Of a stretch of 64,000 nucleotides of DNA, positions 18,593 to 27,276 are shown one piece after another. Both the position numbers and the translations under genes were made by a program. The number at the start of each line of letters is the position of its first letter. The first letter of the stretch is position 1. The notes under the pieces are model-generated. The model made no database searches. It was not told the origin of the DNA and saw only the letters and a list, made by a program, of their open reading frames with translations. The DNA comes from Longimicrobiales bacterium (GTDB lineage: Bacteria; Gemmatimonadota; Gemmatimonadetes; Longimicrobiales; Gaopeijiaceae), in the NCBI GenBank assembly GCA_041690395.1, contig JAWLHJ010000002.1, positions 657,099-721,098 of the forward strand, in the 5' to 3' direction.

Positions 18593-19552
18593 ATGGATCA
18601 ACCGCGTGAACCGTCCGGGACGACCATCGACCAGTTCATCGGCGAGACGCCGATGGTCCGGCTGCGACGCCTGGTCGGACCGGAGCATGCGGAGGTGTGG
18701 GTCAAGGTCGAGGGGATGAACCCCGGTGGGTCGATCAAGGACCGGCCGGCGCTCGGGATGATCGTCGACGCGGAAGAGCGCGGGCTGTTGAGGCCGGGCG
18801 GACGCATCGTCGAGCCGACCTCGGGCAACACCGGCGTCGGGCTCGCCCAGGTGGCGGCCGCTCGCGGGTACCGGCTGACGCTCTGCCTGCCCTCGACCAT
18901 GAGCGTGGAGCGAAAGCAGACCCTCATCGCGTACGGTGCCGAGCTGGTGCTCACCGATCCGGAGCGGCGCATGCTCGAGGCGATCGAGGTCGCCGAGCGT
19001 ATCCGCGACGAGACCGGGGCGTTCCTTCCCAACCAGTTCGAGAATCCGGCCAACCCGCGGGCCCACTACGAGGGCACCGCGCCCGAGCTGTGGTCGCAGA
19101 TGGACGGACGCATCGACGCGTTCGTGTATGGAAGCGGCACCGGGGGTACCATTTCTGGGGTCGGCCGTTACCTGAAGGAGCGCCTCGGCGACGTCCTGGT
19201 GGTCGCGGTCGAGCCGGCACGGAGCGCGGTCCTTTCCGGAGAGGAGCGCGGTCAGCACAAGTTCCAGGGGATGGGCCCCGGCTTCATCCCGCCGAATCTG
19301 GACCGAACCGTGATCGACCGGGTTCAGAAGGCGTGGGAAGAAGACTCGTTCCCCGTCGCACGCCGGCTCGCCCGTGAGGAGGGGCTGTTCGTCGGGATGA
19401 GCAGCGGCGCGATCGTCTGGTCGGCCCTCGAGGTCGCCCGGGAGCTCGGACCGGGGCACCGGGTCGTGTGCATCGCGCCGGACTCGGCCTCGCGCTATCT
19501 GACCACCGACCTGTTCGGCGAGGCGGACGGAGCCTCCGAGCCGACCGAGTGA
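18593..19552 (+). CDS. cysK: cysteine synthase A
   Basis: NPGGSIKDR PLP lysine, EPTSGNTG, GTGGT; AGGAG RBS. Confidence 0.93.
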   Translation: MDQPREPSGTTIDQFIGETPMVRLRRLVGPEHAEVWVKVEGMNPGGSIKDRPALGMIVDAEERGLLRPGGRIVEPTSGNTGVGLAQVAAARGYRLTLCLPSTMSVERKQTLIAYGAELVLTDPERRMLEAIEVAERIRDETGAFLPNQFENPANPRAHYEGTAPELWSQMDGRIDAFVYGSGTGGTISGVGRYLKERLGDVLVVAVEPARSAVLSGEERGQHKFQGMGPGFIPPNLDRTVIDRVQKAWEEDSFPVARRLAREEGLFVGMSSGAIVWSALEVARELGPGHRVVCIAPDSASRYLTTDLFGEADGASEPTE

Positions 19553-19641
19553 CCCGTCACGTCGGGCGGCGAGCCCGGCGTACTCTACAGACGCGCCGTC
19601 ACGAGGGCGGCGCGACATTGATTCACCGACAGGAGCGATCC

Positions 19642-20067
19642 ATGGACAAGAAGGCCCTGATCGACAAGCTGAACGAGGACCTCGCAGGTGAGCTGTCCGC
19701 GGTCATCCAGTACACGACGTACGCCGCCAAGGCCACCGGCCCTTACCGCCCGCAGCTCTCCGAGTTCTTCCTGGCGGAAGTCGCCGACGAGCAGATGCAC
19801 GCGCAGTTCCTGGCCAACAAGATCGTGGCGCTGGGCGGCGAGCCGACCACCACGCCGAGGCCGGTCGCCAAGGCGGGCACGAACCGCGAGATGCTCCAGG
19901 CCGTCCTCGAGGCGGAACGACGCGCGGTGGCGGACTACACCGCGCGCGCCGAGCAGGCCGATGCCTACGGCGACAAGGGACTCTCGGTGCAGCTCGAGGA
20001 CATGGTGCGCGACGAGAGCGGGCACGCCGAGGAGACCGAGCGGATCCTGAAGGACTGGCCGCTCTGA
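19642..20067 (+). CDS. ferritin-like / bacterioferritin-related protein
   Basis: ELSAVIQY, DEQMHA, LGGEPT, ERRAVADY, DESGH di-iron ligands; AGGAG RBS. Confidence 0.88.
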   Translation: MDKKALIDKLNEDLAGELSAVIQYTTYAAKATGPYRPQLSEFFLAEVADEQMHAQFLANKIVALGGEPTTTPRPVAKAGTNREMLQAVLEAERRAVADYTARAEQADAYGDKGLSVQLEDMVRDESGHAEETERILKDWPL

Positions 20068-20086
20068 GGTCTGAGCGAGGGGCGGT

Positions 20087-20112
20087 CGGCCGGGGTGGTG
20101 ACACCCCGGCCG
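20087..20112. terminator. hairpin between convergent genes
   Basis: 11-bp stem cggccggggtg / caccccggccg with a GTGA (GNRA) loop. Confidence 0.6.
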
Positions 20113-20120
20113 CGCCCCCC

Positions 20121-21458
20121 TCAGCGCGCCGTCTGCTCTTCCAGGTAGGTCGCGAACTCGGGCTTGGTCTCGAGGAGGATCGCCCGAACCGCGTCGCGGT
20201 CCTCCGGACTCAGATGGTCGAACTCGCCGGTGGCGTCCCGCCCATCCAGGATCTCCGTGACGCGCCGGTAGAACGGCTCCTTCACCAGCCGCGGGAGCCG
20301 CTCGAACGCCTCGGAGTAGACGAGGAAGCTCATCGGGTAGGCCAAGAGCCGCCGCTCCAGATCGAATGCACGGAGCGAGCGTCCCTCGGCATCGAACGGT
20401 CCTCGCGCCTCGAACTCCTCGGTGAAGCCCGAGGTGCCGCGCACCGTGCCGGGGAGCGGCGCCTCCCGTGAGAACATCATGGCCCGCACGAGCCGCTCCA
20501 CCGCCCCGTCGATCCGGACCTGGGCCACCGACTGGATCTCGGGCGTCGGAATCCCGCCGGCCTCGATTCGGAGCAGCATGGCCTGTCCACCGACCGCCTC
20601 CTTGGCGGCCTCGTGGGCCACGACGATCAGGTTGTGCACCTTGGTCTGATGGGTCAGCACCATGAGGCTTACGATGTCGCTGTGACCCGTCAGGTACGGC
20701 TCGACGTCGAACCGGCCCTCCAGGTCGACGACGTTCCCGTCGGCGTTCACGTCGAATTCCGACAGGTAGCGGCGAACGTCCGAGACTTCATGGCTGAGCA
20801 CCGGCGCGTACGTGTTGCCGGCGTGCGAGCCCCCTTCGTGCGTGCCGGTGACGTACCACCCCGCGAACCGCCGGTCGAAGTCCGTGCGGTCGCTCGTGGA
20901 GCCCTCGTGCAGCGGGGCGATGGGATAGCCGAAGCGGTCCACGACCACCGAGCGAACCATGACCCCCGGAATTCCCTCGGTGACGGAACGGGACTCGTGA
21001 CACATGAGGCAGGTCGTGCCTTCCTCCATGAAGCGGAGTTCCCCCTCGGGATTCTGCTCGAGCGTGTAGAACACGCCCCCGTCGTCCGGATCGATGGACG
21101 CGATCTCCAGGATCGGGCTGTCCTGCACCCATCCCACATAGACGTCGTCGTTGTAATAGACGGCGCGCGGCGTCCAGGGCGTGATCAGATTCGTCTGGAG
21201 GCTCGTGCGGGAGAAGATGAGCCCCTGTGACGAGACCGGGATATCGAGCGCCTCGAGCAAGCTGATCAGATAGCCGTGCTGCTCCTCGTACTCCAGGACG
21301 GTCTGACCTGCGTCGATTTGACGCTGAAGGGCCGCGATCGGGTCCAGGGGCGACCCGGCATCATCCAGGACCGGAGCGCTCTGCGCGAGCGCCACACCCG
21401 TCGAGAGCGCCAGCGCGGCGAGGGCGATTCCGGCCGCGCGCAACGAAATCTTCATCAT
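20121..21458 (-). CDS. secreted protein with a single CxxCH haem-c motif (uncharacterised cytochrome c-like)
   Basis: Signal peptide (ALA-Q), CLMCH, motifs FSRTSLQ, PRAVYYNDDVYVG, GWYVTG, SDIVSLMVLTHQ, GRSLRAFDL. Confidence 0.8.
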   Translation of the reverse strand: MMKISLRAAGIALAALALSTGVALAQSAPVLDDAGSPLDPIAALQRQIDAGQTVLEYEEQHGYLISLLEALDIPVSSQGLIFSRTSLQTNLITPWTPRAVYYNDDVYVGWVQDSPILEIASIDPDDGGVFYTLEQNPEGELRFMEEGTTCLMCHESRSVTEGIPGVMVRSVVVDRFGYPIAPLHEGSTSDRTDFDRRFAGWYVTGTHEGGSHAGNTYAPVLSHEVSDVRRYLSEFDVNADGNVVDLEGRFDVEPYLTGHSDIVSLMVLTHQTKVHNLIVVAHEAAKEAVGGQAMLLRIEAGGIPTPEIQSVAQVRIDGAVERLVRAMMFSREAPLPGTVRGTSGFTEEFEARGPFDAEGRSLRAFDLERRLLAYPMSFLVYSEAFERLPRLVKEPFYRRVTEILDGRDATGEFDHLSPEDRDAVRAILLETKPEFATYLEEQTAR

Positions 21459-21865
21459 CGTGTCGTCCTGTTCGTGGAAATCACGGTTGGGTCGTGAACG
21501 TTGTTGGAAGTCGGATCGAGCACCACGCGCATCCTACGGGCGCGGCCCAGGATGTCCTGCCCGACGTGCTCCGGGAAGAGGTGCATGACCTCCTCCTCGA
21601 ACAGCTCGAGCCACCGGTCGAAGTGGCCCGCGGTGAGTCCGGGAATGGCGTCGTGCCTGGCACGTGGGTTCCCGCGGAAACGGCCGCTCGCGAGCAGCAC
21701 GCTCGACCAGAAATCGACCATGCGGTCGAGGTGCTCGGGCCAGTCGGCGGACATGTGACGCGCGAAGACGGGCCCCAGCAGGTCGTCCTCCTGAACGCGG
21801 GCGTAGAACCGTTCGACCATCTCGCGAATGGCCGTCTCGTCGACGTAGTCGCGAACGTCACGCAT
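21455..21865 (-). CDS. group III truncated haemoglobin (trHbP)
   Basis: FYARVQEDDLLGPVF, WPEHLDRMVDFWSS, GNP..RH, HFDRWLELF. Confidence 0.92.
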   Translation of the reverse strand: MRDVRDYVDETAIREMVERFYARVQEDDLLGPVFARHMSADWPEHLDRMVDFWSSVLLASGRFRGNPRARHDAIPGLTAGHFDRWLELFEEEVMHLFPEHVGQDILGRARRMRVVLDPTSNNVHDPTVISTNRTTR

Positions 21866-22301
21866 GAGCCGACTCCCGGGGTGCGATCTGCACCAAGCCC
21901 TGATAGGTGCCCGTCACCAGGTCCGCGAGGGTGTACTTGTCCAACGACGTGAAGAACGCCTCGCGCGCTTCGTAGAGGGCGGACGACAGCTCGCACGCGT
22001 CGGTCAGCGGGCACGTCGACTCCTCGGCGAAGCACTCCGCGATGGCGAGGTTGGGCTCGAGCCGCCGGACGAGGTCGCCCAGAAGCACACTCCGCGGATC
22101 CGTGTCCATCTCGAAGCCGCCGTAGCGACCGGGCGTGGACGAAAGAGCTCCGAGCGCCACCAGCCCCTGCATGCTCTTGGTCACGTGGTCTCGCGACACC
22201 CCGAAGGCCTCGGCCACCTCGCGCGCCGAAACGTTACGCCCGTGCGCCGCGATGTACATGAGGGCCCGCAGACCGATGTCCGTGTACCTCGAGAGTCTCA
22301 C
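21858..22301 (-). CDS. Rrf2 family regulator, NsrR-like
   Basis: MRLSRYTDIGLRALMY, winged HTH, three Cys AECF-x-TCPL-x-AC, AREAFF; linked to a globin gene. Confidence 0.88.
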   Translation of the reverse strand: MRLSRYTDIGLRALMYIAAHGRNVSAREVAEAFGVSRDHVTKSMQGLVALGALSSTPGRYGGFEMDTDPRSVLLGDLVRRLEPNLAIAECFAEESTCPLTDACELSSALYEAREAFFTSLDKYTLADLVTGTYQGLVQIAPRESAHA

Positions 22302-22330
22302 TGAGGCCGTCCTATTGGGTGGTCGTCAAC

Positions 22331-22349
22331 GTGGTATTTAACATACCAC
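22331..22349. promoter_or_regulatory. NsrR-type operator
   Basis: Perfect GTGGTAT-N5-ATACCAC palindrome 30 bp upstream of the Rrf2 start. Confidence 0.75.
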
Positions 22350-22414
22350 AATAAAGACACAGGTGGACGCTCGAGTGTTGAATCTGCCCGGGTCGGGGCG
22401 GGTCCGACGGGCAC

Positions 22415-22453
22415 AAAAAAACGGGCCGCCCCGGACGAATCCGGGACGGCCCG
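22415..22453 (-). terminator. Rho-independent terminator of the cold-shock gene
   Basis: Minus strand: GC stem cgggccgtcccgga / tccggggcggcccg with TTCG loop, followed by T7. Confidence 0.9.
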
Positions 22454-22477
22454 CAGAGGTACCGTGGTACCTTGACC

Positions 22478-22690
22478 TTACGAGATCTGAACCACGTTCT
22501 CGGCGGCCGGACCCTTCTGGCCCTCCACGATGTCGAACTCGACCGTGGCGCCTTCCGTCAGGCTCTTGAAGCCCTCGGCCTGAATCGCGCTGTGGTGGAC
22601 GAAGCAGTCCTTGCTTCCGTCCTCCGGGCTGATGAAGCCGAAGCCCTTCTGGTCATTGAACCACTTCACAGTTCCTCTGGTACGCATCAT
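22478..22690 (-). CDS. cold-shock protein (CspA family)
   Basis: [37 protein letters not shown]. Confidence 0.96.
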   Translation of the reverse strand: MMRTRGTVKWFNDQKGFGFISPEDGSKDCFVHHSAIQAEGFKSLTEGATVEFDIVEGQKGPAAENVVQIS

Positions 22691-22840
22691 CGCGCTCCCT
22701 TGGAAATCGATGGTCGGAGTTTCGGATGATCCGTACTTCCCGACACCATATTTGCGCGGTCACCCCGCGCGGGGCGTGGCCACCTCGGCCACATGCTCTA
22801 GGCGATCAAGACTCCCGAGGAGCCACCGCCTTCACTTCGT

Positions 22841-22871
22841 ATTTTACCGGACCTGGTCCGGTTGGGGACAA
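22841..22871 (-). promoter_or_regulatory. probable promoter of the cold-shock gene with a dyad in a 19-bp spacer
   Basis: TTGTCC-19bp-TAAAAT on the minus strand; ACCGGACC-T-GGTCCGGT palindrome at 22846-22862. Confidence 0.5.
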
Positions 22872-22895
22872 GGCTCGCTCCTGAAGGCCCGGAAG

Positions 22896-23483
22896 TCAAG
22901 AACGGCGGGACATGCGACCGTCACCGCCCGGTCGCGGAACCGGGTCGGCCTCACCCCGGGTGAAGGCGCGACCGAGCACAGCGAACACCACCAGGACGAC
23001 ACCGGTCGCCCACCCCGAGAGGACCGGCCGCTCGGGGTCCGCCGTCATGGCCATCCAGAAGCCGCCGCCGACCAGTATGCCCGAAAGCGCAACGAACATG
23101 CGCATTCCGTAGAGAAAGGCGAACGGCAGATAGTGCGCCCCGAGCAGGATGGTGACGGTGGGATACAGCCACTCGGGGCGGCCGACCGCGGCGCCGAGGG
23201 CCACAGGGAGGCCCAGCGGAAGGGCCAGCGCCACCTGTGTACCGAGGGCGTTCATGGGGTGCCCGCGCGGGAGCCCGGAGCGGCGTCCGGACAGGCGGAG
23301 CGCCGCCAGCGTCAGGGGAAAGATGAGGGTTCCCCCGACGAGCAGCACGAGAATCCCGCCCCGGGGCGAGTGCCACGTCCACGTCGCGGACGAAGCGAGC
23401 CAGACCGCGGCCGAGACGAGCTGGCCGAAGTAACCGCCGACGAAGGTCGTGCGCACGTCCCGCTGCGCGTCGCTGATCTTCAT
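22896..23483 (-). CDS. integral membrane protein (DUF7010-like)
   Basis: About 6 hydrophobic helices; HPMNALG and GAHYLPFAFLYG motifs. Confidence 0.75.
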   Translation of the reverse strand: MKISDAQRDVRTTFVGGYFGQLVSAAVWLASSATWTWHSPRGGILVLLVGGTLIFPLTLAALRLSGRRSGLPRGHPMNALGTQVALALPLGLPVALGAAVGRPEWLYPTVTILLGAHYLPFAFLYGMRMFVALSGILVGGGFWMAMTADPERPVLSGWATGVVLVVFAVLGRAFTRGEADPVPRPGGDGRMSRRS

Positions 23484-23562
23484 GACGGCTCATGCGGGAA
23501 TCGGCGGGCCGGTGCGACACCGGCTCGAGTCCGCTACCGCCGTCCGAGCAGTGCGTTCGCCC

Positions 23563-23913
23563 TCAGAGCAGCGCCTCCTCGAGCAGGTCGGCGTTGTACC
23601 CCACGATCAAACGCCGACCCACGCGGCTCGTCGGAGCGCGCAGCTTCCCCGAGCGCCCGAGCATATGTCCGAGCAGCTCGTCGTCGGAGGGACGGGCATC
23701 GGTCAGGTCGTACCGGACGATCTTGCGGCCCTTGGCGATCCACAGCTCGTCGATGCCGTCGAGCAGGGCCAGGGCGTCGTCCCCTTCGATGGGATCGGCG
23801 TTCGCGCTCTGGAGCGGTCCGTCCTCGATCCCGTGCGTCGCGAGAAACTCCCGCGTCTTGTTGCAGCTCTGTCAGCCAGGGCGGTGATACCGCCAGTCCA
23901 GTGCGTCGGTCAT
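23563..23913 (-). CDS. ArsC/Spx-like thioredoxin-fold selenoprotein (U-x-x-C), 116 aa
   Basis: GAGG RBS, ATG 23913; MTDALDWRYHRPG-TGA(23874-23872)-QSCNKTREFL...LGRSGKLRAPTSRVGRRLIVGYN; frame stays open to TGA at 23565-23563. Confidence 0.85.
23839..23871 (-). promoter_or_regulatory. candidate bacterial SECIS element
   Basis: Hairpin CGCGGG-AGUUU-CUCGCG; apical loop starts 22 nt after the UGA with G at loop position 2. Confidence 0.65.
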
Positions 23914-24051
23914 GTCGTGTCCTCGTGTGGAAGGGTGTCGGTGATCTTCGCGCGAGGCTCACACGGCGATCAACCCCCGTCGGATTCGCGAGAAGCGCTC
24001 CGAGCGCTTATCGATGGCTGCACGACATCGACCGAACCTGGAGCGACACGC

Positions 24052-25152
24052 ATGCGTCATCCCCGAACCTCGTCCCCACGACACCTCCGCGGCGTCACCC
24101 TCGCGCTGCTCGCGCTGCTGACGGCGAGCGCCCTGCCTTCTCCGTCCGCGGGCCAGGCCGCGCCTCCCGGCGACGACTTGCCGCGCGTGATCGTCCTGGC
24201 CACCGGCGGGACCATTGCCAGCCGGTTCGATCCGGAGGCCGGAGCGCTGAGAGCCGCGCTCACGGGTGATGAGATCGTACAGGCCGTGCCCGAGCTGGCG
24301 GAGCTCGCGCGCATGAGCGTCGAGCAGATCGCCAACGTCAACAGCTGGGACATGACGCCGGAGATCTGGCGACAGCTCGAGAATCGAGCCAACGCGCTGT
24401 TGGCCGAGCCGGACGTCGCCGGCGTCATCGTGACCCATGGCACGGACACGCTCGAGGAGACGGCCTACTTCCTCGACCTCACGGTCACGAGCGACAAGCC
24501 CGTCATTCTGGTCGGGGCGCAGCGCTCGGCGATGGAGTCCGACAGCGACGGCCCGCGCAACATGCTGAACGCCGTCCGGGTCGCGGTGTCGCCCGAGGCC
24601 GTCGGCATGGGCACCCTGGTGATCATGAACGGCCAGATCAACGCGGCCCGTGAAGTCACGAAGACGAACACCCTCGACGTCGAGACCTTCCAGACGCTCT
24701 CCTTCGGGCTCCTCGGCGTCGCCGACGTGGAGGAGGTGCGGTTCTACCGGAGTCCGATGCGCCGCCAGACCATCCCGCTCCGTGTGGACGACAGGCTACC
24801 GACGGTCGAGGTCGTGACGGAGTACGCCGGCTCGGACGGCCGTGTCATCCGGGCGCTCCTCGAGCAGGGGACCATGGAGGGGCTGGTGGTGGCGGGCGTC
24901 GGCCTGGGGCACGTCAGCAGCGGGTCGGTGGAGGCGATCCGCGAGGTCCGGGCCCGCGGCATCCCGGTCGTGACCAGCACCCGGGTGCTCACGGGGCGAG
25001 TCGTGCCGCTCTACTCGAACAACATCGAGCTCCTGGATGCCGGCGTGGTGCTCTCGGACAACCTGAGCCCGCAGAAGGCGCGGGTGCTCCTCATGCTGGC
25101 GATGACGCGCACGACGGACACGGAGGCGCTGCAGGCATACTTCGATCGGTGA
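24052..25152 (+). CDS. L-asparaginase, type II-like (secreted)
   Basis: ATGGTIA, THGTDTLEETA, DGPRN, LSPQKARVLL; signal peptide. Confidence 0.92.
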   Translation: MRHPRTSSPRHLRGVTLALLALLTASALPSPSAGQAAPPGDDLPRVIVLATGGTIASRFDPEAGALRAALTGDEIVQAVPELAELARMSVEQIANVNSWDMTPEIWRQLENRANALLAEPDVAGVIVTHGTDTLEETAYFLDLTVTSDKPVILVGAQRSAMESDSDGPRNMLNAVRVAVSPEAVGMGTLVIMNGQINAAREVTKTNTLDVETFQTLSFGLLGVADVEEVRFYRSPMRRQTIPLRVDDRLPTVEVVTEYAGSDGRVIRALLEQGTMEGLVVAGVGLGHVSSGSVEAIREVRARGIPVVTSTRVLTGRVVPLYSNNIELLDAGVVLSDNLSPQKARVLLMLAMTRTTDTEALQAYFDR

Positions 25153-25195
25153 GCCGCACGTTCGGACCGCCGCCCTCCGCGTCCCCCGACTCCGC

Positions 25196-25747
25196 CTACT
25201 TGCGGATGCCGAACACGCGGGGTCGGCGGGACGAAGCGGACCGCACGACCGCGCCCGACGTCTGCCGGACGTCGTCGACGATGCAGAAGCAGGTCGGGTC
25301 CGCTTCGATGGCCGCGTCCATCACCTGCTGGATGCGCCGTCTCGACACTTCCAGGAAGATCAGGCTGATGGGCCCCTCCTTCCCCACCCCCTCGAATTGG
25401 GTGACGACGAAGCCCAGATCGCGGAGGTGGGCGGTGACGCGGTCGCCGCTGCGCGAGAAGATCCGGATCACCTGCTGGGCGCTGCTGAAGCGCGCCTCGA
25501 GCCCGATCCCGATGTAGGTGCCGAGCGCGAATCCGAAGGCGTAGCTCACCATGTAGATCGGGTGCTCGAGGTTCTGGATGACTCCGGACACGACCGCGAT
25601 CCAGATGAGGACTTCGAAGAAGCCCAGGAGGGCCGCGCGGCCGCGGAGCCCCCGCACCAGGTAGATGGTGCGGACGGTGGCGAGCGAGACGTCGATGATG
25701 CGCGCGAGAACGATGCCGAGGGAGGTGAGCAGCACGGCGAGCGTCAT
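25196..25747 (-). CDS. DUF2179/DUF5698 (UPF0316) membrane protein
   Basis: ARIIDVSLATVR, GFFEVLIW, YAFGFALGTYIG, C-terminal DPTCF..DVR. Confidence 0.85.
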   Translation of the reverse strand: MTLAVLLTSLGIVLARIIDVSLATVRTIYLVRGLRGRAALLGFFEVLIWIAVVSGVIQNLEHPIYMVSYAFGFALGTYIGIGLEARFSSAQQVIRIFSRSGDRVTAHLRDLGFVVTQFEGVGKEGPISLIFLEVSRRRIQQVMDAAIEADPTCFCIVDDVRQTSGAVVRSASSRRPRVFGIRK

Positions 25748-26325
25748 GGTGTCTCCGGCCAGGGGAACGGTTCGAGCCCTTCGTCGAGGAGGAGTGCTCC
25801 GGAGCGCTGCAGCGCGAACACGCGTCCGTCGAGGTATTCCTTCCACAGGGAGATGCGGCCGTCACGCACCTCCCCGATGATCGCGTCGCCGACGGCGGTT
25901 CGCTCCCCGGTCGCGCGGTCGGTCGTGGCGAACTGCCACTCTACCGCGAAGGTCTCGCCGTCGACGATGATCCGGTGCACGTAGACGCGGGTGTCCACGT
26001 TCCGCTCGTGGAGGGCCGCGAGCTCCGCCACCCAGGTGTCCCGGTCGACGCGCCGTCGCGGGTACGCCAGGAGCGCGTCCTCGTGCAGGATACTCCGGAC
26101 GAGGGCGGTGTCTCCCGTCATCCAGGCGCGCGCGTGGTCGCGCACGAGCTGCTCGACGAAGCGCGTGGACGGCGCCGCCGTCCCGGACGCTTCTGCGCCG
26201 GCCTCGGAGCCGGGGCCGCCGGCCGACTCGGGCCCGCCGCACCCAACCGTGACGAGCAGGAGCCCGACGCCCCATGACCCGCACCAGCGGCGAACGAACG
26301 TGCGATGCGCAGCCGAATCGGACAT
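25744..26325 (-). CDS. NTF2/SnoaL-like domain lipoprotein
   Basis: Lipobox TVGC; AW..GD, AVEWQF, VRDGRISLWKEYLD; TGATG overlap with map. Confidence 0.75.
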   Translation of the reverse strand: MSDSAAHRTFVRRWCGSWGVGLLLVTVGCGGPESAGGPGSEAGAEASGTAAPSTRFVEQLVRDHARAWMTGDTALVRSILHEDALLAYPRRRVDRDTWVAELAALHERNVDTRVYVHRIIVDGETFAVEWQFATTDRATGERTAVGDAIIGEVRDGRISLWKEYLDGRVFALQRSGALLLDEGLEPFPWPETP

Positions 26326-27113
26326 CAAGCTTGGGCTGGCGTCGTCCGGGCACGAAGCAGATAGGGCCGCGCGGCGGTGACCACCAGCGGGCCGTCACCC
26401 GTCACGACGACGGTGTGTTCGAACTGAACGGCGAGGCCGCCGTCCTCCGTCTCCAGCGTCCAGCCGTCGCGCCGGACCCGGACGTGCCTGGCGCCCGTCG
26501 AGACGAACGGCTCGACGGCCAGAACCGTGCCCTCGTCGAGGCGGCGGCGGTCGCCGGGATCGAAGAAGCCGGGCACCTCGGTCGGCGCCTCGTGGAGCGC
26601 GCGGCCCACCCCGTGACCGCAGAGGTCCCGCACGATCTCGTAGCCGGCGTCGCGGGCCGTCCGCTCGGCGGCCCACCCCAGACGATTGAGGCGGGCGCCG
26701 GACCGGACCTCCGCGAGCGAGGCCTGGAGGGCGAGCCGTCCGGTGTCGCACAGCCTCTCCGTCGCCGAGCCGCCGGGAGCGACCGGACGCGAAGCTCCCG
26801 TGTCGGCGAAGTAGCCGTCGAGCTCGACGCTCACGTCGATGTTCACGAGGTCTCCGGCTGCGAGTGGCTCGCGGCCCGGAACGCCGTGCGCGATAGCGTC
26901 GTTGACGCTGATGCACGTCTCCGCCGGAAAGCCGACGGAGAGCATCGGGGCCGAGCGGGCCCCGAGGGCGCGGATCTCGGCCGCCCCGATCCGGTTCAGG
27001 TCGACGGGGGACACGCCGATCTCGACGGCTCCCAGCATCAGGTCGAGGACGTGCGCGGCGACGGCGCCCGCCGCCGCGAGGCCGTCCAGTTCCGTAGCTG
27101 ATCCTATCGACAT
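26325..27113 (-). CDS. map: type I methionyl aminopeptidase
   Basis: CISVNDAIAHGVP, NIDVS, DGYFADT, GHGVGRALHE, AVEPF, QFEHTVVVT. Confidence 0.95.
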   Translation of the reverse strand: MSIGSATELDGLAAAGAVAAHVLDLMLGAVEIGVSPVDLNRIGAAEIRALGARSAPMLSVGFPAETCISVNDAIAHGVPGREPLAAGDLVNIDVSVELDGYFADTGASRPVAPGGSATERLCDTGRLALQASLAEVRSGARLNRLGWAAERTARDAGYEIVRDLCGHGVGRALHEAPTEVPGFFDPGDRRRLDEGTVLAVEPFVSTGARHVRVRRDGWTLETEDGGLAVQFEHTVVVTGDGPLVVTAARPYLLRARTTPAQA

Positions 27114-27276
27114 TTCCGCCTTCTCCCGTCCGGTCGATGCGGGGCGCCGCCGACTCGGAGTCGGTGCCGCCCCGGGGTCCATGTAGTCGCGCGGACCCAC
27201 CCTCGCGGGAGGAGCCGGCACGTCAAGGTAACGATGTCGTGGCGGGGCGCGGCCGGCGCCTGTCCACGGCCGTGCG

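Noticed and set aside
17825..19618. 597-aa ORF as a fusion protein
   Set aside because: The 5' part is antisense to cysK; only 17825-18481 encodes the cyclophilin
23449..24051. Plus-strand extension of the asparaginase ORF and minus ORF 23534-23962
   Set aside because: Both are shadows of the selenoprotein gene, which lies in a different minus frame
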